Part shown: in pieces, positions 41,559 through 51,772 of the stretch | Layout: the number at the start of each line of letters is the position of its first letter | How positions within the stretch are numbered: position 1 is the first letter of the stretch | From: Candidatus Dormiibacterota bacterium | GTDB taxonomy: Bacteria > Chloroflexota > Dormibacteria > Aeolococcales > Aeolococcaceae | Assembly (NCBI GenBank): GCA_963709585.1 | Contig: CAVPXI010000018.1 | Location: 22,747-86,746, forward strand | Direction of reading: 5' to 3' | Length of the DNA: 64,000 nt | The notes under the pieces: generated by a model | The model's database searches: none | The model's input: only the letters and a program-made list of their open reading frames with translations | What the model was told of the DNA's origin: nothing | Translations under genes and position numbers: made by a program

Positions 41559-42353
41559 ATGAACCTGCTCGCACAGTCCACCTGTTGCGTCAACAATGCC
41601 GGCGCTTTCGGCGATGGCGGCTCGATCAGCGACCGAGCGCTCGGCGTCTACACCGCCGTGTTCTGGGCGTCGGTGGTGCTCGGCGCCGTGGTCACCGCTT
41701 TGCTCCTCTATGCGTTCATCAAGTTCCGGCGGCGTAGTGACGATGACGAGCCATCGCAGTTCCACGGCAACACCAGGCTCGAGATCGCGTGGACGCTGGT
41801 TCCGCTCGCGACTTTTCTCTCGCTGTTCGGGCTCACCGCGGCGAACATGCCCTTCATCAACAACGTCCATACCGGCACCCAGTACACGGTGACGGTGATC
41901 GGTGTGCAGTTCAGCTGGACGTTCGACTACGGTGCAACCTCGAGTGGCGCGCGCATTCGGAGCTTCGGTCACCTCTATCTGCCGGAGGGCACCGACGTGG
42001 CACTCAACATCGTGTCGACGGATCCGCCGTGCAACTCCAAGCCGTCGATTCCATCCGGAGGCACCCTGGCGCAGGCGATCGCGAACGAGGGATGCGGAGT
42101 CAACCACAGCTTCTTTGCGCCGTCGCTCGGTCAGCAGATGAATGCCATCCCCGGTGACGTCAACACGGCGCCGATCCAGGCTCGCGAGGGAACCTATTAC
42201 GGGCAGTGCACTGAGCTCTGCGGTGTGGGCCACGCAACCATGACCTTCGACGTCATCGCGCTGCCGATGAACCAGTTCCAGTCGTGCGTGTTCGGCAATC
42301 CCACTGGAACGATCGACTCGAACAACAAAGCGTGCATCCTCGGAGGATCTTGA
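41559..42353 (+). CDS. coxB: Heme-copper oxidase subunit II (CuA)
   Basis: HGNTRLEIAWT, HSF and CTELCGVGHATM motifs; no fused cytochrome c. Confidence 0.95.
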   Translation: MNLLAQSTCCVNNAGAFGDGGSISDRALGVYTAVFWASVVLGAVVTALLLYAFIKFRRRSDDDEPSQFHGNTRLEIAWTLVPLATFLSLFGLTAANMPFINNVHTGTQYTVTVIGVQFSWTFDYGATSSGARIRSFGHLYLPEGTDVALNIVSTDPPCNSKPSIPSGGTLAQAIANEGCGVNHSFFAPSLGQQMNAIPGDVNTAPIQAREGTYYGQCTELCGVGHATMTFDVIALPMNQFQSCVFGNPTGTIDSNNKACILGGS

Positions 42354-44044
42354 TGGCGGTCATTGAGGCGACGCTTCCACGGGCACGCTTCGCCCGCGTC
42401 GACAAGTCGAAGGGCATCCTCGGCTGGCTCACAACTGTCGACCACAAGAAGATCGCGATCATGTACCTGTTCACGACCTTCTTCTTCTTCATCATCGGCG
42501 GCATCATGGCGCTGCTCATCCGGATCCAGCTCGCCGAGCCGCAGAACACGTTCCTCACGGCCGACCAGTACAACCAGATCTTCACGATGCACGGGACGAC
42601 CATGATCTTCCTGTGGATCATCCCGGTCTGGGCCGGGTTCGGAAACTACATGGTCCCGCTGATGATCGGCGCGCGTGACATGGCGTTCCCACGCGTCAAC
42701 GCCTTGTCCTTCTGGCTGATCCCACTCGGCGGCATGACCATGTACGCGGGCTTCCTGGTGCCGGCGACGACCCATGCGGGACTGCTCTGCCCCGGTGGAC
42801 CTGGCGCAGCGGGGTGGACCGGCTATGTTCCTCTCACCGGTAGCCATTACAGCTGCAGCATGGGCCAGGACCTGTGGATCGTCGGGCTTCACCTCCTTGG
42901 CGTGTCATCCATGCTCGGCGGCCTCAACTTCCTGGCGACAATTCACAACATGCGCGCCAAGGGCATGACCTGGGGACGGCTCCCGCTGTTCGTCTGGGCG
43001 CAGGAGATCACCGCGGCGCTGGTCGTTCTCGCGTCACCGTTTCTCGCCTCCGGGCTGGCGATGAACCTGCTCGACCGACAGATCGGCACCAACTTCTTTG
43101 ATCCGGTCAACGGCGGGAGCGCGCTGCTCTACCAGTTCGTGTTCTGGTTCTACTCGCACCCGGCCGTCTACATCATGATCCTGCCCGCGTTCGGGATCAT
43201 CAGCGAGATCATCCCGGTGTTCAGCCGAAAACCGATCTTCGGCTACAAGGCGATGGCGGCATCCATCGCGGCGATAGCCGTCCTCGGGTTCATCGTGTTC
43301 GTGCACCACATGTTCGTGACCGGCCTGCCGCTGGTGGTGCAGACGTTCTTCGCCTTCACCACCTTTGTGATCGGCGTCCCGACGGGGGTGAAGATCTTCA
43401 GCTGGCTGGCCACGATGTGGGGAGGGAGCATCAAATACGACACGCCCATGCTCTTCGCGTGCGGCTTCCTGTTGATGTTCCTGATCGGCGGCATCGATGG
43501 CGTGTATCTCGGCAGCCTGGCTGTCGACCGTCTCGTGCATGGCACCTACTGGGTGGTGGCCCACATTCACTACGTGCTCTTCGGCGGCAGTGTCTTCGGC
43601 GTGTTCGCCGCCTTCTACTACTGGTTCCCGAAGGTGACCGGGCGTTTCCTCAACGAGAAGCTCGGCAAGCTCCATTTCTGGACGATGTTCATCGGCATGA
43701 ACCTGACGTTCCTGCCGATGCACGCGCTCGGACTCCTCGGCATGCCGCGGCGGATCTACACCTACCTCGACAATCGGGGCTGGGGCGACCTCAACTCGCT
43801 GATCACCTTCGGTGCATTCGTGATCGCCATCTCGATCACCGTGTTCCTGATCAATTTCGTGATCAGCATGCGTGCTCCCAGGACCGCACCCGACGATCCA
43901 TGGGAGGGCAACACCCTCGAGTGGGCGACCTCGTCGCCGCCGCCGGCGTGGAACTTCGACGAGGAGCAGGAGGTGCTCAGCCTGAGGCCGGTTCGCGATC
44001 GGCGGGTCGCACGCAAGAAGGCCGCCTCGGGAGCGCCCGCGTAG
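42353..44044 (+). CDS. coxA: Heme-copper oxidase subunit I, A2 type
   Basis: TMHGTTM, DMAFPR, FWFYSHPAVY (YS motif), HHM, PTGVK, VAHIHY, GMPRR. Confidence 0.97.
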   Translation: MAVIEATLPRARFARVDKSKGILGWLTTVDHKKIAIMYLFTTFFFFIIGGIMALLIRIQLAEPQNTFLTADQYNQIFTMHGTTMIFLWIIPVWAGFGNYMVPLMIGARDMAFPRVNALSFWLIPLGGMTMYAGFLVPATTHAGLLCPGGPGAAGWTGYVPLTGSHYSCSMGQDLWIVGLHLLGVSSMLGGLNFLATIHNMRAKGMTWGRLPLFVWAQEITAALVVLASPFLASGLAMNLLDRQIGTNFFDPVNGGSALLYQFVFWFYSHPAVYIMILPAFGIISEIIPVFSRKPIFGYKAMAASIAAIAVLGFIVFVHHMFVTGLPLVVQTFFAFTTFVIGVPTGVKIFSWLATMWGGSIKYDTPMLFACGFLLMFLIGGIDGVYLGSLAVDRLVHGTYWVVAHIHYVLFGGSVFGVFAAFYYWFPKVTGRFLNEKLGKLHFWTMFIGMNLTFLPMHALGLLGMPRRIYTYLDNRGWGDLNSLITFGAFVIAISITVFLINFVISMRAPRTAPDDPWEGNTLEWATSSPPPAWNFDEEQEVLSLRPVRDRRVARKKAASGAPA

Positions 44045-44057
44045 CCCTGGTGGCACG

Positions 44058-45043
44058 GTGATCCCCGCGCGGCCGTCGGTCGGGTTTCGCCGCCTCGCGG
44101 TGTGGACGGCGGTCCTGACCTACCTGTTGATCGTCTGGGGTGGCATCGTGCGGGTCAGTGGCAGCGGCAACGGCTGCGGCACGACCGATCAGTGGCCGCT
44201 CTGCCACGGGTCGCTGCTTCCGGCGTGGCAGATCAACACCCTGATCGAGTTCACGCATCGGTGGATCGCCTCCGTGTGCACGCTCCTGGTGATCATCCTC
44301 ACGGTCTCGACGTGGATCTGGCATCGGCGCCAGGGCCGGATCCTCGTCGGCACCAGCATCGCGGCGAGCCTCTACGTCGTGCAGATCGCGCTCGGCGCGC
44401 TCGCCGTCGAGTTCAACCTTCCCGGCGGTGTGGTGATGATCCACCTGGCCAATGCGCTGCTTCTGTTCGCGGTGCTCATCTATGTCGCGGTGACCGCGTG
44501 CACGGTTGGGACCCCCGGACGCGGCCCGAGCCTGTCCGCGGCGCTGGCGCGATCGGTGAAGTGGCCGGTGATCATCGCGGTGGTGGCGACCTACCTCGTG
44601 GCCATGAGTGGCGCGTTCGTGGTCGAGACCGGCTCGGGGTCCGGCTGCACCAGCTGGCCGCTGTGTGGGAGCGGGTTCTCGCTGCCGTCCGGGCAGGCGG
44701 CGACCATCAACGTCGCCCATCGGCTGGTCGCGCTCATCGTGGTGCTGCTCCTCGGCGGGCTGATGGCGATCATCGCTCGCCGCCGCCGCGGCGACCGTGT
44801 CGTTCGCATCGGCGTGATGGCCGTCAACCTGCTACTCATCCTGCAGGTCGCCGCGGGCGCGCTGGTCGTGCTTCTCGGCCTCCCCGCCTGGGTGCGCGGC
44901 CTGCACATCGCGCTGGCATCGCTGCTCTGGGGCACGGTCGTCGGGGTGGCGGTGTTGAGCACGCTCCCTGGGGATGAGGGAGCGCCGGCGGTCGCCGGGG
45001 TGCGTGGTGAAACCCTGCGACCGCAGGCCGAGATGGCGCAGTC

Positions 45044-45047
<4 letters not shown>
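44058..45047 (+). CDS. ctaA: Heme A synthase (COX15/CtaA)
   Basis: GSGNGC...WPLC, IEFTHR, second GSGC..WPLC and AHR. Confidence 0.92.
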
Positions 45048-45952
<905 letters not shown>

Positions 45953-45965
45953 GGAGGACGCGCCG

Positions 45966-46085
45966 ATGAACCGAAAGCTCGCCCGCCGGAACATGCGCAT
46001 GGGCGTCGCGATGTTCATCATGCTGTTCGTCCTCATGGGCGCGGCGTTCGTGTGGGCGGCGATCTTCCTCTCGGTGACCAAGTGA
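45966..46085 (+). CDS. 39-aa single-TM micropeptide
   Basis: MNRKLARRNMRMGVAMFIMLFVLMGAAFVWAAIFLSVTK; GAGGAGG SD 8 nt upstream. Confidence 0.7.
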   Translation: MNRKLARRNMRMGVAMFIMLFVLMGAAFVWAAIFLSVTK

Positions 46086-46095
46086 GGGTGGCGCG

Positions 46096-46365
46096 GTGAG
46101 CGACGACGCGGTTGCGACCGCGACCCACAACGAGGACGGCGAGCACACGCATGCGACCCCGCACCTGCCCCCGCCGAGCTTCGTTCCCATCAACCTCGCG
46201 CTGGCGCTGGCGATCACGCTGACCGGGTTTCTCACCGACATCCGGGCGGTCGTCGGACCGGCGATGTGGGGAATTGGATTGATCTACCTCATCGTCTCGT
46301 GCTTCTTCTGGGCTCGCGGCGCGAGACGTGAGTACCTGGAGCTCCCGGAGGACACAGCGCACTGA
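46096..46365 (+). CDS. Oxidase accessory 2-TM subunit (CtaF / subunit III N-terminus-like)
   Basis: HLPPPSFVP followed by two TMs ending W..GARRE. Confidence 0.7.
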   Translation: MSDDAVATATHNEDGEHTHATPHLPPPSFVPINLALALAITLTGFLTDIRAVVGPAMWGIGLIYLIVSCFFWARGARREYLELPEDTAH

Positions 46366-47207
46366 CGGCTCATCTGGGGTTCGGCGACTGGACCTGGGAT
46401 CCGACCGTTATCTGCGGCCTGATTGCGGTGGCCGCCGGCTACGTCATCGCGTTTCGGCGGAGCACCATCGGGCCGCACGACGATGTCACCCCGTGGTTTC
46501 GCAATCCGCGCTGGCGGCCGGTGCTGTTCACCACGGGGCTCCTGATCACGTTCATCGCCCTGGAGTTGCCGATCGACCGCGGCGGCGACGACTACCTGTT
46601 CTCGCTCCACATGGTCCAGCACATGCTGCTGATGATGGTGGCGCCGCCGTTGCTCCTCCTGGGGATCGCCGGCGCCCGTCCGGCGCCGCGAGACCGCCAC
46701 ACGACGCTGCGCACCATCTGGTGGGCGGTCACCCGCCCCTGGCCCGCGGTGGTCATCTTCAACGCGGTGCTGCTCATCTGGCACATCCCGTCGTTGTACG
46801 ACACGACGCTGACCACGGTGTCCGTGCACATCGTCGAGCACCTCAGCTTCATCACAGTCGGCGTGATCCTCTGGTGGCCGGTCATCGATCCGATCCGCGA
46901 CCGGCAGAGCGTGACCGTGAGCCCGCTCACGAAGATCGCCGCACTGAGCGTCGCGGGCATCCCGCCCACCGTCCTTGGGATCGTGTTCGCGCTGGCGCCG
47001 GCGCCGCTGTACAGCTTCTACGCCCAGGCGCCGCGCCTCTGGGGAGTGTCGGCCCTGACCGACCAGCAGTACGGCGGGGTGATCATGCTCGGCGTCGGCA
47101 ACATCGTGTATTTCATCGCCATCATCGTCGTCTTCATGCGTCTGTTCTCCGACCCGGGCCGAGATGAGGAGCTGGCCGCGGATCGGATCGCCGAGGCGCT
47201 CCGGTGA
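46362..47207 (+). CDS. ctaG: Cytochrome c oxidase assembly factor (caa3_CtaG)
   Basis: FSLHMVQHMLL..APPLL, WHIP, HIVEH, DQQYGG; apparent CTG start after GGAGG, overlapping the previous stop. Confidence 0.9.
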   Translation: MTAHLGFGDWTWDPTVICGLIAVAAGYVIAFRRSTIGPHDDVTPWFRNPRWRPVLFTTGLLITFIALELPIDRGGDDYLFSLHMVQHMLLMMVAPPLLLLGIAGARPAPRDRHTTLRTIWWAVTRPWPAVVIFNAVLLIWHIPSLYDTTLTTVSVHIVEHLSFITVGVILWWPVIDPIRDRQSVTVSPLTKIAALSVAGIPPTVLGIVFALAPAPLYSFYAQAPRLWGVSALTDQQYGGVIMLGVGNIVYFIAIIVVFMRLFSDPGRDEELAADRIAEALR

Positions 47208-47259
47208 GCGCAGCGGCGTGTCGGCGAACCCATCCTTTAACATGCCGCTGCAGATGCAC

Positions 47260-47738
47260 GTGACTCATCTGCGCACGCTTGCGGCCGGTTTGGGAGTGTG
47301 TGTTGCGATCGGTTTGTTCGCCTGTGGCAACGGCACGCCCGGGGGGGATCCGGTTCGCCCGTAGCCTGCAACGGTTCGGCTGCGGTGAGCTCCCTCGGCA
47401 CCTCGACGATGACCATTCAGGCGACCGACAACCTCGTGTTCGTTCCCGACTCGTGGACCGCGGCAACCGGCGACATCATCGAGTTCAAGAACACCGGCTC
47501 GATCGCCCACACGGTGACCTTCCAGGACAGCAACGACGCGTGCCTCACCGACAGCACACTCGCACCCGGCGCCACCTGGGAGGTCAAGTTCACCCAGCCG
47601 GGCACCTACAACTACCTCTGCACCATCCACGCTCCCAATATGAAGGGCGTGATCAAGGTGACCGGTTCGGCGGCGGCCACGTCCGCATCGCCCGGAGCGT
47701 CGCCGTCGGCCTCCGCGACCCCAACGCCGGCCGCTTAG
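47260..47738 (+). CDS. Lipoprotein blue-copper (cupredoxin/plastocyanin-like) protein, frameshift in G-run 47341-47347
   Basis: Lipobox LFAC in the first frame; AHTV and CTIHAPNM type-1 Cu ligands in the second frame. Confidence 0.85.
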
Positions 47739-47767
47739 CGGCGCCCACCGGAGCACGACTCCGCCCA

Positions 47768-48499
47768 TCAGCCGGCGCCGGTCCTGAGGTGCACATCCCC
47801 GGCCAGGAAACGACGCAACTGACCTGACGCCTCGACGAGGAGCGCGCCGTCATCGCCGACGTCGACCGCCACGCCGTCGATGACCCCGGCCGGCCCATCA
47901 ACGCTGACGGGCTCCCCCAATCCCACCGCGCAGCCGCGCCAATCGCCGAGGATGGCCCCGATCCCACCTCGCTCGAGGGTGGCGAGGCGAACGCCGAGCG
48001 CGTCACCCCACGCGGCTAGGAGTTGCTCCGGCGCAGGGGGGTTCGCGACGAGCGTATGCAGGCTGACCGCCTCGATGCCGGCGGGGAACCGGTCCACGTG
48101 GAGGTTGACGCCGAGACCAAGGGCGATGGCTACGCGGTCGCCGCCAGAAGCCAGTGGCTCGATCTCGCTGAGGATGCCCGCGAGCTTGCGACGTTCCACC
48201 AGGACGTCGTTGGGCCACTTCAGTCCCGCTGCGACGCCGTACCCCGATGCCAGCACATCGATCAGCGCGAGCCCCGCGGCGAACGGTACTCCGGTCGCCA
48301 CCGAGGGGGAGCGGCGAAGCAGCACCGACGCCAGGAGCGCCGTGCCCCGGGGGGCGATCCACTCGCGCCCCTGCCGCCCGCGCCCGGCGGTCTGCTCGGC
48401 GGCGACGCAGGCGAACCCCTCGTCCGCACCGTCGCGGGCGGCTCGGAGCACCATGTCCTGGGTGCTCCTGGTTCTCGCCACGCGCATAAGGCGCAGCAT
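47768..48499 (-). CDS. birA: Biotin-[acetyl-CoA carboxylase] ligase (no HTH)
   Basis: TRSTQD, EQTAGRGRQGREW, KWPND, KLAGIL, GLGVN. Confidence 0.95.
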   Translation of the reverse strand: MLRLMRVARTRSTQDMVLRAARDGADEGFACVAAEQTAGRGRQGREWIAPRGTALLASVLLRRSPSVATGVPFAAGLALIDVLASGYGVAAGLKWPNDVLVERRKLAGILSEIEPLASGGDRVAIALGLGVNLHVDRFPAGIEAVSLHTLVANPPAPEQLLAAWGDALGVRLATLERGGIGAILGDWRGCAVGLGEPVSVDGPAGVIDGVAVDVGDDGALLVEASGQLRRFLAGDVHLRTGAG

Positions 48500-48514
48500 C
48501 GGAAAACGCGGTTC

Positions 48515-48543
48515 TTGACCGGCTTGACGCGGCGACATACGAT
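48515..48543 (+). promoter_or_regulatory. Sigma70-type promoter
   Basis: TTGACC-N17-TACGAT. Confidence 0.65.
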
Positions 48544-48567
48544 GCAAGTTATTACAGGGGTAGAGGG

Positions 48568-48894
48568 GTGAGGGTGGTGGTCAAAATGATCCAGGAGACC
48601 TGCGTGGAGATCGGCGAGCTTGAAGCTCGCTGGACTTCTCTGCGCGAAGCCCGCAATGCGCGCCGGCAGAAGATCCGCTATATCGACGAGCTTATCGACC
48701 AGTTCGAGAAGCTCAATCTCGCCGACGAGGTCGAGGTGCCGTACGAGCTCGTGGGACGGGCCGTGGCGCTGGTGAGCAACGACACCCACCTGGTTGGGCG
48801 CTCGCCGCGGGAGCTGATGATCTCGGAGTGGATGGACGCCCTCTACGAGGTGCAGGACAGCCTGATGTTCACCGCCGAGGACGATTCGGACTGA
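48568..48894 (+). CDS. Hypothetical acidic helical protein
   Basis: 108-aa ORF with strong codon bias, downstream of a consensus promoter. Confidence 0.7.
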   Translation: MRVVVKMIQETCVEIGELEARWTSLREARNARRQKIRYIDELIDQFEKLNLADEVEVPYELVGRAVALVSNDTHLVGRSPRELMISEWMDALYEVQDSLMFTAEDDSD

Positions 48895-48919
48895 GCCGTA
48901 TACTGGCCACACGCAACGG

Positions 48920-48992
<73 letters not shown>

Positions 48993-49042
48993 CGTTCACC
49001 AGACGCTCGTCATCTGCTCGCCGGTCGAGGTTTGACCCCTTC

Positions 49043-49079
49043 CTACCTGGGTAGTACTTGCATCCTACCGTGGTAGCAT
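49043..49079 (+). promoter_or_regulatory. Toxin-antitoxin operator and leaderless promoter
   Basis: Two palindromes CTACC-TG-GGTAG and CTACC-GT-GGTAG 22 bp apart; TG-n-TAGCAT 6 nt before the ATG. Confidence 0.75.
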
Positions 49080-49085
49080 CAGAAT

Positions 49086-49307
49086 ATGAAGGTCAGCATG
49101 AGCTTGCCCGAGGAGGACGTTGAGTTCCTGGATTCCTACGCCCAGACTCAGGGGTATCCCTCGCGTTCCGCGGTGCTTCACAAGGCCGTCCGGCTGCTCC
49201 GCGCCGCAGAGCTGGGCGATGCATACGAGGGCGCCTGGACCGAATGGGCGGCGACGGGTGAAGCCGCGTTCTGGGAGGTTGCCTCTGGTGATGGTGTCAC
49301 CGCCTGA
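49086..49307 (+). CDS. mazE: Ribbon-helix-helix antitoxin (MazE-like)
   Basis: MKVSMSLPEEDVEFLD...SRSAVLHKAVRLL; TGATG coupling to the toxin. Confidence 0.9.
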   Translation: MKVSMSLPEEDVEFLDSYAQTQGYPSRSAVLHKAVRLLRAAELGDAYEGAWTEWAATGEAAFWEVASGDGVTA

Positions 49308-49654
49308 TGCGGCGAGGTGAGATCCGCCTCGTCGATCTCGATCCCGTCCGCGGAGCCGAGGCGAGGAAGACGAGGCCCGCTGTCATCGTCAGCAACGATG
49401 GCGCGAATGTGACCGCCACCCGCCTTGGGCGCGGCGTCGTGACGGTAGTGCCGGTCACCTCGAATGTCGAGCGGATCTACCCATTTCAGGTGCTGCTCGG
49501 GGCCGCCGCTACCGGGTTGCGGCGGGACTCCAAGGCGCAGGCCGAGCAGGTCCGATCAGTTGCGGTCGAACGCATCGGGAACCGCGTCGCGACGGTGCCG
49601 GCACTCCTCATGACACAACTCGATGAGGCGTTGCGGCTTCACCTTTCGCTGTAG
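49307..49654 (+). CDS. mazF: PemK/MazF endoribonuclease toxin
   Basis: MRRGEIRLVDLDPVRGAEARKTRPAVIVSND and SKAQAEQVRSV. Confidence 0.95.
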   Translation: MRRGEIRLVDLDPVRGAEARKTRPAVIVSNDGANVTATRLGRGVVTVVPVTSNVERIYPFQVLLGAAATGLRRDSKAQAEQVRSVAVERIGNRVATVPALLMTQLDEALRLHLSL

Positions 49655-49745
49655 ACACTTGTCCGCGCCGGGGGCGCGTTGGCGGCCAAGACTTGAGCGA
49701 CAGTGGAAGCAGCGCTACGGATCGCGATCCCCCACGCGAGCGGCC

Positions 49746-50129
49746 ATGCCTGACATCAGCGATCGTCCATGGTCAGGCGTGACCAGGGCCAGTTACCCGA
49801 CTGCCGCCGAGTACTGCGCTGCATGTCTCATCGACAAGAACGAGCAAGGCGCTCCGAAGACCAAGTCGCGCTGCAAGCTCCCCGTCTACGAGCCACAGGA
49901 AATGGGCGGCAGGCTCAATCGCAATGCCGTCCACGCCGCGGCTGATCGCCTGGTCCGCGCGAGCGGCGGTGTCGATGCCTCACCCGGCGAGCGTCAGGGA
50001 GCCGCACGACGCCTCATCGAGCTCTTCGCGGCGATCGGTGATCTCCCGCCGCGCGCGCTGACCGCACTCGCCGGTCCCGGCGTTCCTCAGCCGCCGGCGA
50101 CGGGTTCGTTTGGGGTGCTCGGTCCGTGA
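49746..50129 (+). CDS. Hypothetical protein resembling a domain of phage head-maturation proteins
   Basis: WS..ASY....YCAACLID...KSRCKLPVYEP...LNRNAVHAAA.RL....GGV...AARRL...GDLPP; family resemblance is recalled, not searched. Confidence 0.55.
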   Translation: MPDISDRPWSGVTRASYPTAAEYCAACLIDKNEQGAPKTKSRCKLPVYEPQEMGGRLNRNAVHAAADRLVRASGGVDASPGERQGAARRLIELFAAIGDLPPRALTALAGPGVPQPPATGSFGVLGP

Positions 50130-51280
50130 TCCATCGCGTGGTCCGAGGGCATCGCCATCATCCGGAGCATCTCGATTCCGCCGGTGCGGAGAAACCTCAC
50201 CGCCAGCAGGGCGATCATCGCGAGCATCACGATGTCCAGGTACGTCGTCGGGTCGAATGAGACGCTGGTGGAGAACGCGGTCACGTTGCGCTGGATCGGC
50301 ACCCACCTCAGGGCGCTGAACAAGGCGCCCACGCCAAGCCCCGCAACCACCATGGTCAGGTACGACACCATCAACAGGTAAATAGCGACCTGGCCGCCGT
50401 AGTACTTGCGGTAGATGTTGATGATGGGAAGGATGATCAGGTCGCCGAAGATGAAGGCGATCGCGCCGCCGAAACCGATGCCGTTGCGCCACAGCACCGC
50501 GGCGAGGGGCACGTTGCCGACCGAGCACACGTAGCTGAGCAGGGCGATGAGCGGGCCGATCAGCGCGCTCGAGAGCGCGGGCAGGAAACCACCGCCGCTG
50601 AAGAAGAGGTGTGACCAGACCGCGGTGGGCACCCATGCGCCGATCGCGCCGGCGATCAGGAATCCGAGCAGCAGGTCCCACCAGAGCCCGTAGACGTTCA
50701 TGAAGAAGTAGTGGCTCACCGACGTCAGCGCCTGCGGCGACACAACGCGCTGGAGCAGCGGACCGTCGGCGACCGTCATGTCCATCGTCGCGTGCCCCTC
50801 CATCTTTCCGGGTATGCCGCGATCCGCCTGGAGCCGCGCGCCGTCGCTGAGCCCGCGAGTCAGGGTGAGCCGGAAGATGAGCGCGAGCAGGACCACCATG
50901 ACCACACCCCCGGCAAACTCCGCGGCGACGAACTGCCAGCCGAGCAGGATCAGGAGCGCGAGGCCGAGCTCGAAGACGAGGTTCGTCGACGCGAATTCGA
51001 AGATGATCGCGTTCGGGAGCGTGGAGCCCTTGCGAAACAGCGTTCTGGCGATGGCGACCGCGGCGTACGAGCACGACGACGACGCGGCGCCGAAGAGGGT
51101 CGCGAGGCTCGCGGAGCGAGCGTTATCGCGGCCCAGGAGCCGGCCGATCGCCTGCTTCGGGACGAAGGCCTCGACGCACGCCGAAAGCAGAAACCCGAGT
51201 GCCAGTGGCCAGAGCACCGCCCAGAACATGTCGAAGGCGAGGCGCAGCGCATCGCCCGCATGGCTCAGTACGAAGCTCAT
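50087..51280 (-). CDS. Permease, DUF318/ArsP family
   Basis: GAASSSCSYAA, ASTNLVFELG and YVCSVGNVPLA motifs. Confidence 0.9.
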   Translation of the reverse strand: MSFVLSHAGDALRLAFDMFWAVLWPLALGFLLSACVEAFVPKQAIGRLLGRDNARSASLATLFGAASSSCSYAAVAIARTLFRKGSTLPNAIIFEFASTNLVFELGLALLILLGWQFVAAEFAGGVVMVVLLALIFRLTLTRGLSDGARLQADRGIPGKMEGHATMDMTVADGPLLQRVVSPQALTSVSHYFFMNVYGLWWDLLLGFLIAGAIGAWVPTAVWSHLFFSGGGFLPALSSALIGPLIALLSYVCSVGNVPLAAVLWRNGIGFGGAIAFIFGDLIILPIINIYRKYYGGQVAIYLLMVSYLTMVVAGLGVGALFSALRWVPIQRNVTAFSTSVSFDPTTYLDIVMLAMIALLAVRFLRTGGIEMLRMMAMPSDHAMDHGPSTPNEPVAGG

Positions 51281-51434
51281 CGATCGGACCCCGCTGATCG
51301 CACGCGATCAGGGTAGCCATGCAGGACCCGTTCACAACTCTGAGGGATCTCCCAGGTGAAGCCCACGGCGTTCTCACGGCCGGGCGCGACGCTGGTCGAC
51401 GTCATACGTCAGTCCACCCAGGAGGTGCAACACC

Positions 51435-51722
51435 ATGGACGGCAACCAGTTCATCCCACCGCCCCCGCCCCCGGAAGAGCCGGGAAAGCGAAGGACGGGT
51501 CTGCGCAAGATCGCGGCGACGGCGCTGCTCTCGGTCGGCCTGCTCGCGGGAACGGGAGTTGGCAGCTTCGTGATCGCGCACGCTGCCTCATCCTCGGCGT
51601 CGACGGGCGCAACCCTGACGGCGAGCACCGCGACCCCGTCAACGACGGCGCCGGCGACCAAGACCCCGTCGACGACGACCATGTGTCCCAACATGGGCGG
51701 CTCGACCAGCACCACCGGCTAA
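51435..51722 (+). CDS. Small exported Ser/Thr-rich protein
   Basis: GGAGG SD; Pro-rich N-terminus, TM/signal segment, S/T linker, CPNMGG. Confidence 0.75.
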   Translation: MDGNQFIPPPPPPEEPGKRRTGLRKIAATALLSVGLLAGTGVGSFVIAHAASSSASTGATLTASTATPSTTAPATKTPSTTTMCPNMGGSTSTTG

Positions 51723-51742
51723 GCGTCCCTTCCTCCCCCTCC

Positions 51743-51772
51743 AGGCGGCCCGCCGCGCGCGGCGGGCCGCCT
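51743..51772. terminator. Perfect 30-bp palindrome between convergent genes
   Basis: AGGCGGCCCGCCGCG|CGCGGCGGGCCGCCT. Confidence 0.65.

Noticed and set aside
47341-47347. Phase variation or programmed frameshift at the cupredoxin G-run
   Set aside because: The run is short and many other indels occur in the window; homopolymer error is the simpler explanation
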